Source of the DNA: an uncultured Bacteroidales bacterium
GTDB lineage: Bacteria; Bacteroidota; Bacteroidia; Bacteroidales; UBA10428
Length of the DNA stretch: 64,000 bases
NCBI GenBank assembly: GCA_963808745.1
Contig: CAWEGX010000005.1
Span: 709,582-773,581, forward strand
Direction of reading: 5' to 3'
This document shows, one piece after another, positions 1 through 11,324 of the stretch (its first letter is position 1; each line of letters begins with the position of its first letter). A program made the translations under genes and the position numbers. The notes beneath the pieces were generated by a model. That model saw nothing but the letters and a program-made list of their open reading frames with translations, made no database searches and was not told the DNA's origin.

Positions 1-378
1 CTCCCTCCCGGTTCCGATTCCATGTCGAATCACATCAGCCAGAAGAATAAACTGTTTGTGCTCAGCACCCGGATAGACGCGGTTCCCCGTTATCCCACCC
101 AGATCTATGAAGCGATGAGTTATCTTTTCATATTCTTTGTGCTTTTGCTTATTTACTATAAACTGGACAAAAGGCTCCGGGAAGGTTTTATTTTTGGCAT
201 GTTCCTGATCCTGGTATTCTCCGCACGCTTTATCATCGAATTTGTAAAACAGAATCAGGAAAGTTTTGAAGATGCGCTCACGCTAAATATGGGTCAGATA
301 TTGAGCATTCCCTTTGTTGCAGGAGGCATTGTGCTGATTGTTTTAAAATGGCCCAAAAATGAATCATACGCACCATAA
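1..378 (+). CDS. lgt: prolipoprotein diacylglyceryl transferase, C-terminal part (5' end lies outside the window)
   Basis: The frame is open from base 1. The translation (...RYPTQIYEAMSYLF...NMGQILSIPF...) matches the conserved Lgt C-terminal membrane region. Stop at 376-378. Confidence 0.8.
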   Translation, partial: LPPGSDSMSNHISQKNKLFVLSTRIDAVPRYPTQIYEAMSYLFIFFVLLLIYYKLDKRLREGFIFGMFLILVFSARFIIEFVKQNQESFEDALTLNMGQILSIPFVAGGIVLIVLKWPKNESYAP

Positions 379-1288
379 TCATCACGGGCACAGTCATACT
401 CATACAGAAGAGGAAAACACGGGAAAAAACCTGCTTTTCTCTGCCCTGCTGAATCTTGTGGTTACTGTTGCCGAGGTCCTTGGCGGATTATTTTCAAACA
501 GCCTGGCATTGCTGTCGGATGCTCTTCACAATCTGGGAGATACCTCAGCCATATTTATTGCCTATATGGCTAACCTGATCAGTAAAAAAGAAGGCACCAG
601 TAAAAAAACGTTCGGATTTAAACGCATCGAAATCCTGGCCGCACTTTTCAATGCAATCGTCCTTGTCGTTATAATCATCTATCTGTTCATTGAGGCCTGG
701 CACAGGCTTAAAAATCCCATGCCGATAAAGGGCCTGGTAATGCTTATCGTTGCGGTGATCGGTCTTTTGGCAAATCTTATCTCGGTGTTGCTGTTGAAAA
801 AACACGCCGTGAAAAGCATCAATATCAGGGCCGCCTATCTGCACCTTATCGGGGATACCATTTCTTCGTTCGTAGTAATATTCACTGCCATACTGATCTA
901 TTTTTTCAATATATTCTGGATTGATCCGGTTGTCACCTTCCTGTTGGGTATATATCTGCTCTGGGAAACCTACCGAATATTAAAGATTGCCCTTGACATT
1001 CTGATGCAGGCCACTCCGCCGGGCCTCGATCTGAATCTGGTAAAAGATGCCCTTGAGACTATTCCTGCCATTGACAACATCCATCATGTGCATGCCTGGA
1101 ATTTAAGCGACCGGGATATACATTTCGAATGCCATGTTGACCTGAAATCCGATATCCGGATCAGTGAAACCGAAACCATCCGGGATGCCATGAATAAGAT
1201 GCTGAAAGAAAAATTCAGGATAACGCATGTGACAATCCAGTATGAATACAATTGCTGTGCAGATAAAAACATGATACATACGGGGTAA
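359..1288 (+). CDS. cation diffusion facilitator (CzcD/ZitB-like) metal efflux transporter
   Basis: Intact 309-aa ORF. It has a His-rich N-terminus (HHNHHGHSHTH), multiple hydrophobic segments and LSDALHNLGD / LHLIGD motifs typical of CDF proteins. It overlaps the lgt stop by 20 nt. Confidence 0.85.
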   Translation: MNHTHHNHHGHSHTHTEEENTGKNLLFSALLNLVVTVAEVLGGLFSNSLALLSDALHNLGDTSAIFIAYMANLISKKEGTSKKTFGFKRIEILAALFNAIVLVVIIIYLFIEAWHRLKNPMPIKGLVMLIVAVIGLLANLISVLLLKKHAVKSINIRAAYLHLIGDTISSFVVIFTAILIYFFNIFWIDPVVTFLLGIYLLWETYRILKIALDILMQATPPGLDLNLVKDALETIPAIDNIHHVHAWNLSDRDIHFECHVDLKSDIRISETETIRDAMNKMLKEKFRITHVTIQYEYNCCADKNMIHTG

Positions 1289-1327
1289 GAAAATTACTTT
1301 CATCCGAGGCTATTCGGAGGTGTTTTG

Positions 1328-1335
1328 TATATTTG
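1328..1335 (+). promoter_or_regulatory. candidate Bacteroidota -7 promoter element (TATATTTG) upstream of gpmA
   Basis: Matches the TAnnTTTG consensus, 52 nt upstream of the gpmA ATG. No convincing -33 TTTG at canonical spacing. Confidence 0.3.
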
Positions 1336-1386
1336 CCATGCCCAGTTTAACCAAACTATTTTAAAATAATTTAAAATTCAGTACAC

Positions 1387-2133
1387 ATGTATAAGATCGT
1401 TTTATTGCGTCATGGAGAAAGTACCTGGAACAAGGAGAACCGTTTTACCGGATGGACAGATGTTGACCTGAGCGAAAAAGGAATTGAAGAGGCTAAATAT
1501 GCCGGTAAAATAATGAAAGAAGCCGGATACGAATTTGATCTCGCCTATGTTTCTGTATTGAGGCGTGCCTTGAGGACCCTGTGGCTTGCTCTTGAAGAAA
1601 TGGATGAGCTATGGATCCCATGGATTAAGACCTGGAGATTGAATGAAAGGCATTATGGCGCCCTTCAGGGTTTGAACAAGGCTGAAACTGCCGCGTTGCA
1701 CGGAGAAGAAATGGTGAAAATATGGAGACGCAGTTACGATGTTCCGCCTCCTCCGCTCGAACGGACTGATCCAAGGTACCCGGGTAACCATCCTGCTTAT
1801 AAGAATCTGCCTGCAAGGGATATTCCAACGACAGAATGTCTGAAAGATACAGTTGACCGCTTTTTGCCTTTCTGGCATGAAACCATTGCCCCTGCTATCC
1901 GCTCAGGTAAACGTGTTCTGATCACAGCACATGGAAACAGCCTTCGTGCCCTTGTAAAATACCTTGATAACATGAGCGAGGCTGAAATTATTGAACTGAA
2001 TATTCCCACCGGCGTACCGCTCGTATACGAACTCAACCATGAGCTGAAACCGTTGAAGCATTATTACCTGGGCGACCAGGAGGCCATTAAAAAAGCAATG
2101 GAATCCGTTGCAAACCAGGGTAAGACCAAATAA
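1387..2133 (+). CDS. gpmA: 2,3-bisphosphoglycerate-dependent phosphoglycerate mutase
   Basis: Intact 248-aa ORF with the [24 protein letters not shown] catalytic His motif and full-length resemblance to GpmA. Confidence 0.95.
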   Translation: MYKIVLLRHGESTWNKENRFTGWTDVDLSEKGIEEAKYAGKIMKEAGYEFDLAYVSVLRRALRTLWLALEEMDELWIPWIKTWRLNERHYGALQGLNKAETAALHGEEMVKIWRRSYDVPPPPLERTDPRYPGNHPAYKNLPARDIPTTECLKDTVDRFLPFWHETIAPAIRSGKRVLITAHGNSLRALVKYLDNMSEAEIIELNIPTGVPLVYELNHELKPLKHYYLGDQEAIKKAMESVANQGKTK

Positions 2134-2155
2134 GACATCATATTACCCATTGACA

Positions 2156-2193
2156 CCCTTCATGAATTAAAAGTCATGAAGGGTTTTTGTTTT
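2156..2193 (+). terminator. rho-independent terminator after gpmA
   Basis: Perfect 10-bp stem CCCTTCATGA/TCATGAAGGG (2156-2165 / 2174-2183), followed by TTTTTGTTTT. Confidence 0.7.
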
Positions 2194-2308
2194 CCGGGGA
2201 ATATGGGCAACTCACCGATAACAGGTTGTCATTTACCGAAAAATACTTTGGTTATCGGGGTCACCATGTTACATTTGATTAGAAAATTAATTGCAGGAGG
2301 ACAAAACA

Positions 2309-3024
2309 ATGGAAAAAAGAATTTATGATCAACGATTATGGCTGGGCATAGGGGCTATTATTACTGGGCATCCTTTTTCTGGCCAGTAACTTTCACATTC
2401 TCGACTACAACATCAGGCGATATATATTCCGATGGGAAGTTCTCCTTATGTTCCTGGGTGTGGTTTTCTTCTTTGGACGCAGGAAAAGATCTACCGGCAT
2501 CATTCTGTTTTTCATCGGTGCCATTTTTTACCTGCGGGATTATTTCTCATACAGTTTCACTTTTTGGCAGATATTCTGGCCTGGAGTTCTGATCTTTGCC
2601 GGATTAATGATCATCTTCCGCCACCGGCTTGACCGTCCCGACTGGACAAAAAGAGGAGTGATCACTGACGATTCTATAGTTGACGAAATGGCTGTTTTTG
2701 GCGGAGGAGACCGTGTGGTAACTTCACAATCCTTTAAAGGAGGTAGGGTTACAACAGTATTCGGCGGACTGAATTTTGACATGCTGAAGGCAAAAATGGC
2801 ACCCGGGAGACAATCACATTGACGTATTCTGTTTGTTTGGCGGAATGAAGCTGATCGTTCCCGAAGGCTGGAATGTAAAGATCCAGGTAATGTCTCTCTT
2901 CGGCGGCTTCAGTGATAAGCATCGCTATAAAAGTTCTGCGCTGAACACTGAGGCAGAATCAAAGCTTGTCATCACCGGAACCGTTATTTTCGGAGGGGGA
3001 GAGATCAAAAGCTACTTCGATTGA
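2309..3024 (+). pseudogene. LiaF-like (DUF2154) cell-wall-stress membrane protein, frameshifted
   Basis: ATG at 2309. The frame breaks at a GGG run near 2366 and again at a CCCGGG run near 2810. The joined translation gives TM segments plus VFGGGDRVV...VFGGLNFD...FGGMKLIVPEGW...LFGGFSDK, the repeats typical of the LiaF C-terminal domain. Confidence 0.6.
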
Positions 3025-3043
3025 GCATTAATCAGCCTTAAAA

Positions 3044-4094
3044 ATGCAGAATCCGCTGTTCAGCAATAAAAGATCATTCGTTACATATTTGGGGATATGG
3101 ATACTGGTCATCTTTATCCATATCCTCCTTTTAATGATAACCGAACAGGTTTCCCTGGCATATGCATTGGCAGACGGGTTTATTTCAAATGTTGTTTATG
3201 CGGCCATCGGACTGGGCCTCTGGTTTCCCGTTTTTTTCACAAAATCCGACAGTGAGAAAATTCTCAGTTCACTAATTAACCACCTCTCTGCCTGCGCAGT
3301 CACCGTGGCTATCTGGATCGCCATCACCTATTTTTTGCTGTATTCCCTCTTTGACGGACAGACAATTTACCTCGACTTCCTGCGCAAATCATTGCCCTGG
3401 AGGGCCGGAATCGGCATTTTATTTTATGGCGTGATCATCCTTGTTTATTATCTGATGATCTTCAACCGCAACATTCGTGAAAAACTGGTACAGGAAGCCG
3501 AACTGAAATCCCTTGTTAAAGAATCCGAACTGAATTCGCTGAAATCACAGATCAATCCACATTTTCTCTTTAACAGCCTGAATTCGATCAGCTCACTTAC
3601 GATGTTCCAGCCTGAAAAGGCCCAGGAAATGATCATCAAACTTTCCGAATTTCTGCGATATTCCATTTCCATCAGGGCGGAAAAGCTCACCTCGCTGCAG
3701 GATGAGATCAGCAACATCAACCGTTACCTCGATATTGAAAAGATAAGGTTTGGAAAGCGGCTTGCATTTGATCTGCAGGGAATCGAAACGTGCAGGGAAT
3801 TAAAGGTTCCGGGCATGATCCTTCAGCCGCTGGTTGAAAATGCGGTGAAATATGGCGTGCACGAAAGTATTGAAGAATCAAAGATTGAAATAAATTGCAG
3901 CTGCAATGCAACGGCCCTGATCGTGGCCATCAGAAATGCCTACGATCCCGATTTTGCAGTGTAAAAAAGGAGAGGGAATTGGCCTTAAAAATATCAGGAG
4001 CCGCCTGCGGATCATTTATAACCGCGATGACCTGATGCAGATCAGGAAAGATCAGCAGCATTATGAAGTGAAAATATTATTCCCGCAACAATAA
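3044..4094 (+). pseudogene. LytS/YehU-type sensor histidine kinase, frameshifted near the 3' end
   Basis: Membrane N-terminus, then His_kinase motif INPHFLFNSLNSI and N-box LQPLVENAVKYG. The frame shifts in an A-run at about 3962 and continues as KKGEGIGLKNIRSRL... to a stop at 4092-4094. Confidence 0.75.
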
Positions 4095-4102
4095 GTACGA
4101 CA

Positions 4103-4849
4103 ATGGAAACAACCAAGGCTATTATTATTGATGATGAAGAACTGGCCCGTCAGCTGATCAGGAACTACCTGAAGGATTTTCCGGGAATAGAGATCATCGG
4201 GGAATGCGAAAATGGATTTGAAGGGGTTAAGGCCATTGCGGAACTGAAGCCCGACCTGATTTTTCTCGACATCCAGATGCCGAAAATCAACGGATTTGAA
4301 ATGCTTGAACTGATTGAAAATCCGCCTGAGGTTATTTTCATCACCGCACACAATGAATTTGCCATCCAGGCATTTGAAATGAATGCCGTGGATTACCTGC
4401 TCAAACCTTATTCCAAAGACCGGCTGATTGCCGCTGTGACCAAAGGCAAAGGAACGGATCCAGTCCGGGTGATAAACAGGCCAGCATTCCCCAGCTGGTG
4501 CACCAGCCTTTACCTGAAAAACTCGAAAGGATAGTCGTCAAATCCGGTACAAAATCAAGGTCATTCCTGTGGATAAAATCACCTACCTCGAAGCTCAGGA
4601 TGATTATGTAATGATCTATACCGACTGAAGGCAAACATCTGAAACAGGGTACCATGAAATATTATGAGGACCACCTCGATCGACGCTATGTTCATCCGCG
4701 TTCACCGGTCCTATATTGTGCGTATCGACCAGGTGACGCAGCTGGAACCCTATTCCAAGGAAAATTACCTGCTCAAGCTTAAAACCGGCGTAACCCTGAA
4801 AGTCACCCGCAACGGCCTCAAAAGCCTGAAGGAAAAGTTTAACTTTTAG
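4103..4849 (+). pseudogene. LytTR-family response regulator, at least 4 frame breaks
   Basis: The REC domain (IIDDEELAR...IFLDIQMPKINGFE...DYLLKP) is intact. The LytTR domain is readable only by hopping frames (IVVKSGTKIKVIPVDKITYLEAQDDYVMIYT / GKHLKQGTMKYYEDHLD / FIRVHRSYIVRIDQV...). Confidence 0.8.
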
Positions 4850-5989
4850 TTACCCCCCACCCCGTCGGGGTGGTAGCCGGACAACCCGACGGGGTGTCGA
4901 CCAATAGGCAGGGCCGGAACCGTGAATTGTGCCTTCGATTTTCCTGGCATTCCCGTCAATGGCTATGGAATCCGATAGATCAAGCGACTGCAAATCAAAT
5001 TTGTATAACCAGGATATTGGATTAACTGTATCCCTTGAAACAGAAAGATAAGTCTGATCATAACGATAAAAATCACTTACATTTTTATCGATAAGCACCG
5101 TTGTTTTCATCGGATTTGTTAATTCCGTCTGATATAATTTGTTGTTAGCATAAACGGCCAATATCCTGGTTCCCTGCAATAAGGTTCCCCGATCCAGAAC
5201 ATACTTTCGGGTTTGAAATCAGGGCTATCAAAATGATACGTCTGCTGAACCTTGCATGTACTTAAATCGAAAATAACAACCGAAGCCGGAACCGTTTTAT
5301 TTCCCATGCATAATATGGCAAGGCCTTTGTGCTGGGAATCGAAGTTTAAGCTTATTTCAACAAAGTCCACGGGTTTGATGCCAGCCACAATTGAATCGAC
5401 TTTATGTAGTGAAAGAACCGAATTATAAAATTCGCTTTTTAGAATAGTAATTATTGAATCATTCTCATCCTTTCCACTGCAGAATACATAGCAGTAATTG
5501 GCATCGACATAGATTTTACCGGCTTCATTGCCTGTTGGAATGGTCTGCATCAAATTCCGGTTGAAATCCACCAGGGCAACACCTCCCGAAACCCTGTTCC
5601 CAAAAGAAACCAGCCTGTATGATCCAAAAAGGATAATGTCTCTTGGCCGGCTTATTTCAATTGATTCAATAGAAATAAAATTCTCCAGGTCAACAAATTC
5701 AATTTTATTTTCATTTTCAATTGTGATTATACCGTAAGAGTCAAGAGAATTTACACCGGTTCCTAATCCCCTGTCCGTTTTGATGTGCAAAAATATCCGG
5801 AAATACTTTGTTTGAATCGGGATAAAAATAGCCGATCGAGTTATCGTGCAGGATAAATAATCCATCGTTAAAGCCAATAAAATCATGTCCATACCAGGTT
5901 TTTTCATATTCTGTTTTTTCTAATTCACAGGAAGTCAATATAGTGATGATTCCCAAGAATAGATACAGGGTGATTATCTGATGTTTCAT
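4850..5989 (-). pseudogene. lipoprotein, possibly beta-propeller-like (YncE/DUF5074-like), frameshifted twice
   Basis: Lipoprotein signal MKHQIITLYLFLGIITILTSC at 5989. Three overlapping ORF fragments (5741-6034, 5119-5907, 4850-5179) read as one beta-rich protein. The last 16 codons are simply the translation of REP copy A, so the true 3' end is uncertain. Confidence 0.45.
4851..4898. repeat. GC-rich REP-like hairpin repeat, copy A
   Basis: TACCCCCCACCCCGTCGGGgtggtagccggacaaCCCGACGGGGTGTC. It has a perfect 12-bp stem CACCCCGTCGGG/CCCGACGGGGTG and a 15-nt loop. It sits between the convergent ends of the LytTR gene and the lipoprotein gene. A second copy is at 8755-8802. Confidence 0.7.
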
Positions 5990-5999
5990 CGTTTTTCTG

Positions 6000-6678
6000 T
6001 TATTTAAATATGTAACCTGCTGTAATCTGAGCATAGAAAAAACCTTCGTTTTTCCCCATTAGAATTCCCGCATTTAAATCAAAAGTTAGGCGTTTCACTG
6101 TTCTCTGAATACCATAGCCCATCTTAATCCAGGGAATGAACATATTTTCATGTTTATAATTTATCGCCCAGGCACCTTTTGTAAAGTCCCATGTCACGTT
6201 CTGCACAGAATAAGGCTTAATGAGATAAATGAATTCGGGTGACAGGAAAAAATAATTGGCAGAAAAGTTATCACCGGTAAGCCCTCTGCTCATCCTATTT
6301 TTAAGATTATACAGGAATTTATAGGTAAAATTAAGCTCAATTCCCTGGTTTAACCCGTTATACTCAGGAGACTCGCTTGATCTCGGCATGTAATACTGGA
6401 TGAAATAACCGATCCCGGTTCCAACCGCATGTATTTTTGCCACTTTGTAATCAAACATCGCATAAATTCCGGTGTTTGCGAATATATCCTGGTCAATTAG
6501 GACCGATCCCTTCCCAGCAACATAAAACATGGAAGTTCTTTCCATGAAATATGTCGTTCACAAAGTCAGGTTCCTTTTCTTGTGTTTCTATTGTGTCAGT
6601 CTGGCTGAAACAATTGAAAACAGGACTTAATAAGACTAAAAGGACAAGGTTTCGAAAAGTAAATGCATTCATATTCAA
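6000..6678 (-). pseudogene. hypothetical outer-membrane beta-barrel-like protein, frameshifted
   Basis: The signal peptide (MNMNAFTFRNLVLLVLLSPVFNCFSQ) is in one frame and a 181-aa beta-rich body ending ...TAGYIFK is in another. The aromatic-rich alternating pattern suggests an OM barrel. This is by-eye recognition only. Confidence 0.4.
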
Positions 6679-7577
6679 TTCAGTTTAATATCATTAAAAC
6701 TGGTAGATACCTCTATCATGGCTTTTTTTGGATCAGAATTATAAATCAGTTTATTTTCTGATTTTTGTAGTAACGGTTGTTTCGAACCATGATGGCCCAA
6801 AATGATTTTTGCGTTTTTGGTATATAAATCATAGTTAAACAGGTCAAAATCTTTTATCAGGAGTTCCATTTCGCAGTGTTCAGCTTTAATATTTAAATGC
6901 CTGAGCTTTCCTCCCGGCTGAACCCTGTATTTTACCAACATTATTGGTTATGCTTATATTTCCATTCATGTTGGTCAGTTCATAATTTGAATTCATGGTT
7001 ACAAACTTTTATTTCATCCCGGAGATTATCCGCCCGGATGGAGCATAAAGTGGAATAAATGCTTACGAGTCCGCCGATGTTGCTTAATTCAATACTCCCA
7101 TATTTATTGTTCAGGTTGATAAATGCTGTTAGGTTGTGTAATTCACAATTTCCATAATCATTATTTATAATGATATTAAGGTGATTGGGCATAAAAATTA
7201 TGTAATCAACCCGTGACGGTGGAACTGATTTTGTTGACATTGGAAGGCAGCGAAAAATAATTATTCAGATTGACCCTATCTGCCGTTTTGAGGATATTGA
7301 ATTTAGCATATTCAAGTTCCTTCTCAGCTGTCTTAATACTGGAGTTTTCAAAAGATATCCTTATCCATATCGAGATCATGGGTTTATCCCAACCATGAAT
7401 GATTACGTTCGCTTTTTTCGAGGAAATATTTAAAATATATCCTTTGTGAATGGTGCATGAATCCTTTATTTCTCTGGATGCGGTGAAATTTGCAGCTTTT
7501 AATGAAACAACGCTGCATATTGCTAAATAACAACACAGTATTAGTATCTTATTATGTTGAAATTTAAAGCTTAACAT
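6675..7577 (-). pseudogene. DUF4097-like putative adhesin / anti-sigma-associated protein, at least 3 frame breaks
   Basis: Signal-like start MLSFKFQHNKILILCCYLAICSVVSLKA at 7577. Repetitive segments (NNDYGNCELHNL..NNKYGSIELSNI..) are typical of DUF4097 beta-helix repeats. Its ATGA overlaps the downstream gene. Confidence 0.45.
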
Positions 7578-8158
7578 AATTATTGATTTGCGTCTTAAGG
7601 CTTCCGATCTGATCATTGATCATATCATTCAATTTTTTTATCTCTGCATCGCCCGGAACTCACGAATATTGAATTTTCAATGTTGGCTTTTTCTTCCTCA
7701 AGCTTTAATATTTCACCCTGCATTTCAATGAAATCAGATTCTTTGCATTTAGTTGGATGGTGTTTCGCAAATACGGGAAAGGAATACCTCAATGGATTCA
7801 TCCTGTTGGGATTTTCTTCCGGTCAGCAATTTTTCCCGATGCGGCAGTAAGAAGAAATAGAAACAGGAAAAAATAAGCACAACTACGGCTGCGATTTTCA
7901 ACAGCAAGTTGATTGTCCGGCCCGGTCTGACTGACCCCTTCCTAACTTCCAATCTCTATTTCCAATGATTGCCAGAGATCCCTGGATGGCTCAATAACGG
8001 GAAGATTGTTAATTGCTCATATTGAGTTTGTCCCTGTTTATTTCCTTATATAAATGATCGGTGAGAATATTGGCTTCAATCGATTTCCAAAGCCTTTGTT
8101 CATCAGGATTGACGGGTTTTAAATCAGAATATTTTTTTGATCTGGATTTCATTGCCAT
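7564..8158 (-). pseudogene. putative anti-sigma factor (single TM), at least 3 frame breaks
   Basis: The ATG lies 4 nt after the sigma-factor stop. The N-terminal fragment is MAMKSRSKKYSDLKPVNPDEQRLWKSIEANI..., the TM segment is LLLKIAAVVVLIFSCFYFFLL, and the coiled C-terminus is ...KKLNDMINDQIGSLKTQINNYVKL. The assignment rests mainly on position and architecture. Confidence 0.45.
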
Positions 8159-8162
8159 GCCT

Positions 8163-8686
8163 TTATTTTACATTGGATAACTTCTGTTGCAGACTTTTCT
8201 TTGCATAGAAAAGCTGCGATTTCGAAGTTCCTACAGTAATGCTCATCATTTCTGCTACTTCCTTGTGCGAATAGCCCTCAATCTCAATTAATGTAAAAAC
8301 CGTTCTGTATCCGTCGGGTAACTCCATAATGGCCTGGTGAAGGTATTCACCTGTAAGGTCCTCGGGCCAGATTAAGGGCTCCTGCTGTTTTTTCTCCGGA
8401 ACGGGATCCCTGAAATTCAGCTTCATCCTGCGGAGCGCTTCCCTTACAAGGATTGTCTTAATCCATGAGCCAATGGTTGCTTTGAATTGAAACTGCTCCA
8501 GGTTATTGAACACAAGAATAAAAGTCTCCTGAACCACATCGTAACACAACTCCTCATCTTTCACAATGCGTCAGTGCAACATTAAACATGGCCTTATAAT
8601 ACCTGTCGAATAGCTCCTTTTGCGCCAGCCTTGTTATTCTGAAGGCACCGGTTGATGAGATTTCTGTCGTGGGATTGGAATAACAT
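8163..8686 (-). pseudogene. ECF (sigma-70 family) RNA polymerase sigma factor, 2 frame breaks in the N-terminal region
   Basis: Regions 2 and 4 are readable: ...RLAQKELFDRYYKAMFNVAL / IVKDEELCYDVVQETFILVF...LPDGYRTVFTLIEIEGYSHKEVAEMMSITVGTSKSQL. Confidence 0.8.
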
Positions 8687-8754
8687 GAGAATACGCTCTG
8701 GTATAAAGAGGTAGATTGATCGCTAAAAGGTTGTATGAATGTATGAAAAAATTG

Positions 8755-8802
8755 GACACCCCGTCGGGGTGGTAAGCTGACAACCCGACGGGGTGGGGGG
8801 TA
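8755..8802. repeat. GC-rich REP-like hairpin repeat, copy B
   Basis: GACACCCCGTCGGGgtggtaagctgacaaCCCGACGGGGTGGGGGGTA. The 39-nt core matches copy A at 36/39 in direct orientation, while the short flanks (GA / GGGGGTA) are the reverse complement of the copy A flanks. It lies between the holB stop and the ECF sigma gene. Confidence 0.7.
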
Positions 8803-8803
8803 A

Positions 8804-9938
8804 TTACCTCTTTATCAGCCCTGAAAGCTTCAGCACCATATCCAGGAATATCATCCGGCCGTTGCCATTTCTTTCAATATCGGTAATGGCCGAGGATAAT
8901 TCATGAATGATGGATTCAACGTTCTCACCGGTAATGAAGCGTGCAAATTTGGATACAAATTCCTGTTCCTCGCTTGTGATATAAAGAATCTCAGGGGAGT
9001 TAAAATGAAGTGCCAGGTTCTCGCGGATACTTCGCAAGGCCATATTCAAGGAAGGCCTTTTGCCTCTCCCGGGTTAATCCCGCCATCTCTTCCGCAAATT
9101 TGATCAGTTCCGGTATCTTTTTCCCGTAACATAACTGCATCATGTATCTGAACTGACTAAAATTACTGCCGGCCTCCTCTTCTTCTGACAGGATTTCCAT
9201 TGCCCGCAGGTAATTGCCCGAAACAAGCCTGACTACGTCTGTTGCCTTATCGGGACTGACATGATGCTTTTCGTCCAGTGCCGCGTAAAGTGCTGAATCG
9301 CTGATGCGGGGGATTTTTACCTGCGCACAGCGCGACCTGATGGTCGTCAGCAACTGATCGGGATTTTCACCGGCCAGTATAAATATTGTATTGGGAGGCG
9401 GCTCTTCCAGCAGTTTCAGAAGCTTGTTGGCTGCCTGGTCATTCATTTTTTCAGGCTGCCAGATGATGGCCACCTTATAGTCCGATTCAAAAGGTTTCAG
9501 GTTCAGCTTGCCTGCCAGTCTTTTGCTTTCATCTGTATTGATTATTCCCTGCTTATTTTCAAGGTCGATTGCATCATACCACTGGGTGACCCTTCCATAT
9601 GGCTGACTTAGTAAAAATGCCCTCCAGTCGGCAATAAAGTCATCACTGACCACGGGGCTGTCCTTATCCATATCCTTGGTTTTGTTCACCGGAAAGGTAA
9701 AATGCAGGTCGGGATGAATGTACTTGTTTACCTTGTTGCAACTGTGACAAACGCCACATGCGTCGTTTTCCCCGCGGTTCGTACACAATATGTATCGCGC
9801 CAGGGCCAGGGCCAGTGGCAGTACTCCTGATCCTTCGGGCCCGAAAAACAACCAGGCATGACTAACCCGGTTTTCCCTGACTGTTTGAATCAGCCTGTTT
9901 TTTAACGATTCCTGGCCGACGATTTCTTTGAATAACAT
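8804..9938 (-). pseudogene. holB: DNA polymerase III delta-prime subunit, one frame break near 9040
   Basis: MLFKEIVGQESLKNRL...HAWLFFGPEGSGVLPLALALARYILC...CGVCHSCNKV... The C-terminal ~80 aa continue in ORF 8804-9049. Confidence 0.8.
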
Positions 9939-10039
9939 AGTAGTGTAAGATGCTGAGGCTGCCAAAAATAAGCAATTGCCAAATGTAAATAAAAATAGTT
10001 TTTTATCTTTGTTCAAATAACAATACTAAATAATTCAAC

Positions 10040-11302
10040 ATGCAAACGATTGATAATTTCAACTTTAAGGGTAAAAAAGCCATAGTCAGGGTGGACTTTA
10101 ATGTTCCGCTGGACAAGAAAACGTTTGAAGTTACCGACGACACCCGTATCCGGGGTGCCCTGCCCACCATTTCCAAAATATTAAAGGATGGCGGCTGCGC
10201 GATCCTGATGTCTCATTTGGGACGCCCGGATGGCGTTCCCCAGGATAAGTATTCGTTAAAGCATGTGATGACTACCTTGAATAAACTCACAGGCGCCCAG
10301 GTGAAATTTGCCGATGACTGCATGGGTGAATCTGCCGTTAATCTTTCGAAAAACCTGAAACCGGGTGAAATCCTGCTGCTTGAAAATCTGCGCTTTTACC
10401 TTGAAGAAGAGGGAAAACCAAAGCTTCCTGAAAATGTAACAGATGAGGAGAAAAAAGCCGCCAAGGATGCGATGAAAAAGAAACAGAAGGAATTTACCGC
10501 AAAACTGGCTTCCTATGCCGATTGTTATGTAAATGATGCCTTCGGAACTGCACACCGGGCACATGCTTCCACAGCGCTGATCGCTGACCTGTTCCCCGAT
10601 GACAAGAAAATGTTTGGATACCTCATCGTTGCCGAGCTGAATGCTATGGACAAGGTGCTGAAGTCAAATGAAAAGCCATTCACTGCCATCATGGGCGGAG
10701 CCAAGGTATCGGATAAAATTCTGGTGATTGAAAATCTTCTGCCAAGGATTGATAACCTCATCATTGGCGGTGGAATGACCTATACATTCATCAAGGCACA
10801 GGGCGGCAAGATCGGCAATTCATTATGTGAGGCCGATAAACTCGACCTGGCATTGAGCCTTCTTGAAAAAGCAAAAAAACTGAATGTTAAAGTATACCTT
10901 CCGGTGGATGCCGTAAATGCTGACAAATTTGATGCCGAAGCCAATACAAAGAATACAGCAATTGATCAGACTCCCGATGGCTGGATGGGACTTGACATCG
11001 GTGAAAAATCCATCGCCCTGTTTTCAGATGTGATCAAAAAATCAAAAACCATTCTTTGGAATGGTCCGATGGGTGTATTTGAAATGCCGAAATTTGCAGC
11101 CGGTACAACAGCCATTGCGAAAGCAATTGCTGATGCCACGGCCAAAGGAGCATTCAGCCTTATTGGAGGCGGAGATTCTGTAGCTGCTATCAACAAGAAT
11201 AAACTGGCCGACAAGGTCAGCTATGTTTCAACCGGCGGTGGAGCCATGCTTGAATATATCGAGGGCAAGGAACTTCCCGGCATCAAAGCTATCCGCAAGT
11301 AG
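10040..11302 (+). CDS. pgk: phosphoglycerate kinase
   Basis: Intact 420-aa ORF with RVDFNVP, MSHLGRP and GGGDS motifs. Confidence 0.97.
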   Translation: MQTIDNFNFKGKKAIVRVDFNVPLDKKTFEVTDDTRIRGALPTISKILKDGGCAILMSHLGRPDGVPQDKYSLKHVMTTLNKLTGAQVKFADDCMGESAVNLSKNLKPGEILLLENLRFYLEEEGKPKLPENVTDEEKKAAKDAMKKKQKEFTAKLASYADCYVNDAFGTAHRAHASTALIADLFPDDKKMFGYLIVAELNAMDKVLKSNEKPFTAIMGGAKVSDKILVIENLLPRIDNLIIGGGMTYTFIKAQGGKIGNSLCEADKLDLALSLLEKAKKLNVKVYLPVDAVNADKFDAEANTKNTAIDQTPDGWMGLDIGEKSIALFSDVIKKSKTILWNGPMGVFEMPKFAAGTTAIAKAIADATAKGAFSLIGGGDSVAAINKNKLADKVSYVSTGGGAMLEYIEGKELPGIKAIRK

Positions 11303-11324
11303 TTCATTCCGGATAAAAAGCTGC

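Noticed and set aside
545-844. Numerous 60-130-aa ORFs antisense to or overlapping well-supported genes, for example 545-844, 1609-1878, 10256-10564, 23791-24054, 41116-41487 and 53212-53499
   Set aside because: All are embedded in longer ORFs with clear family signatures on the other strand or frame, and they have no motifs of their own. I treated them as shadow ORFs.
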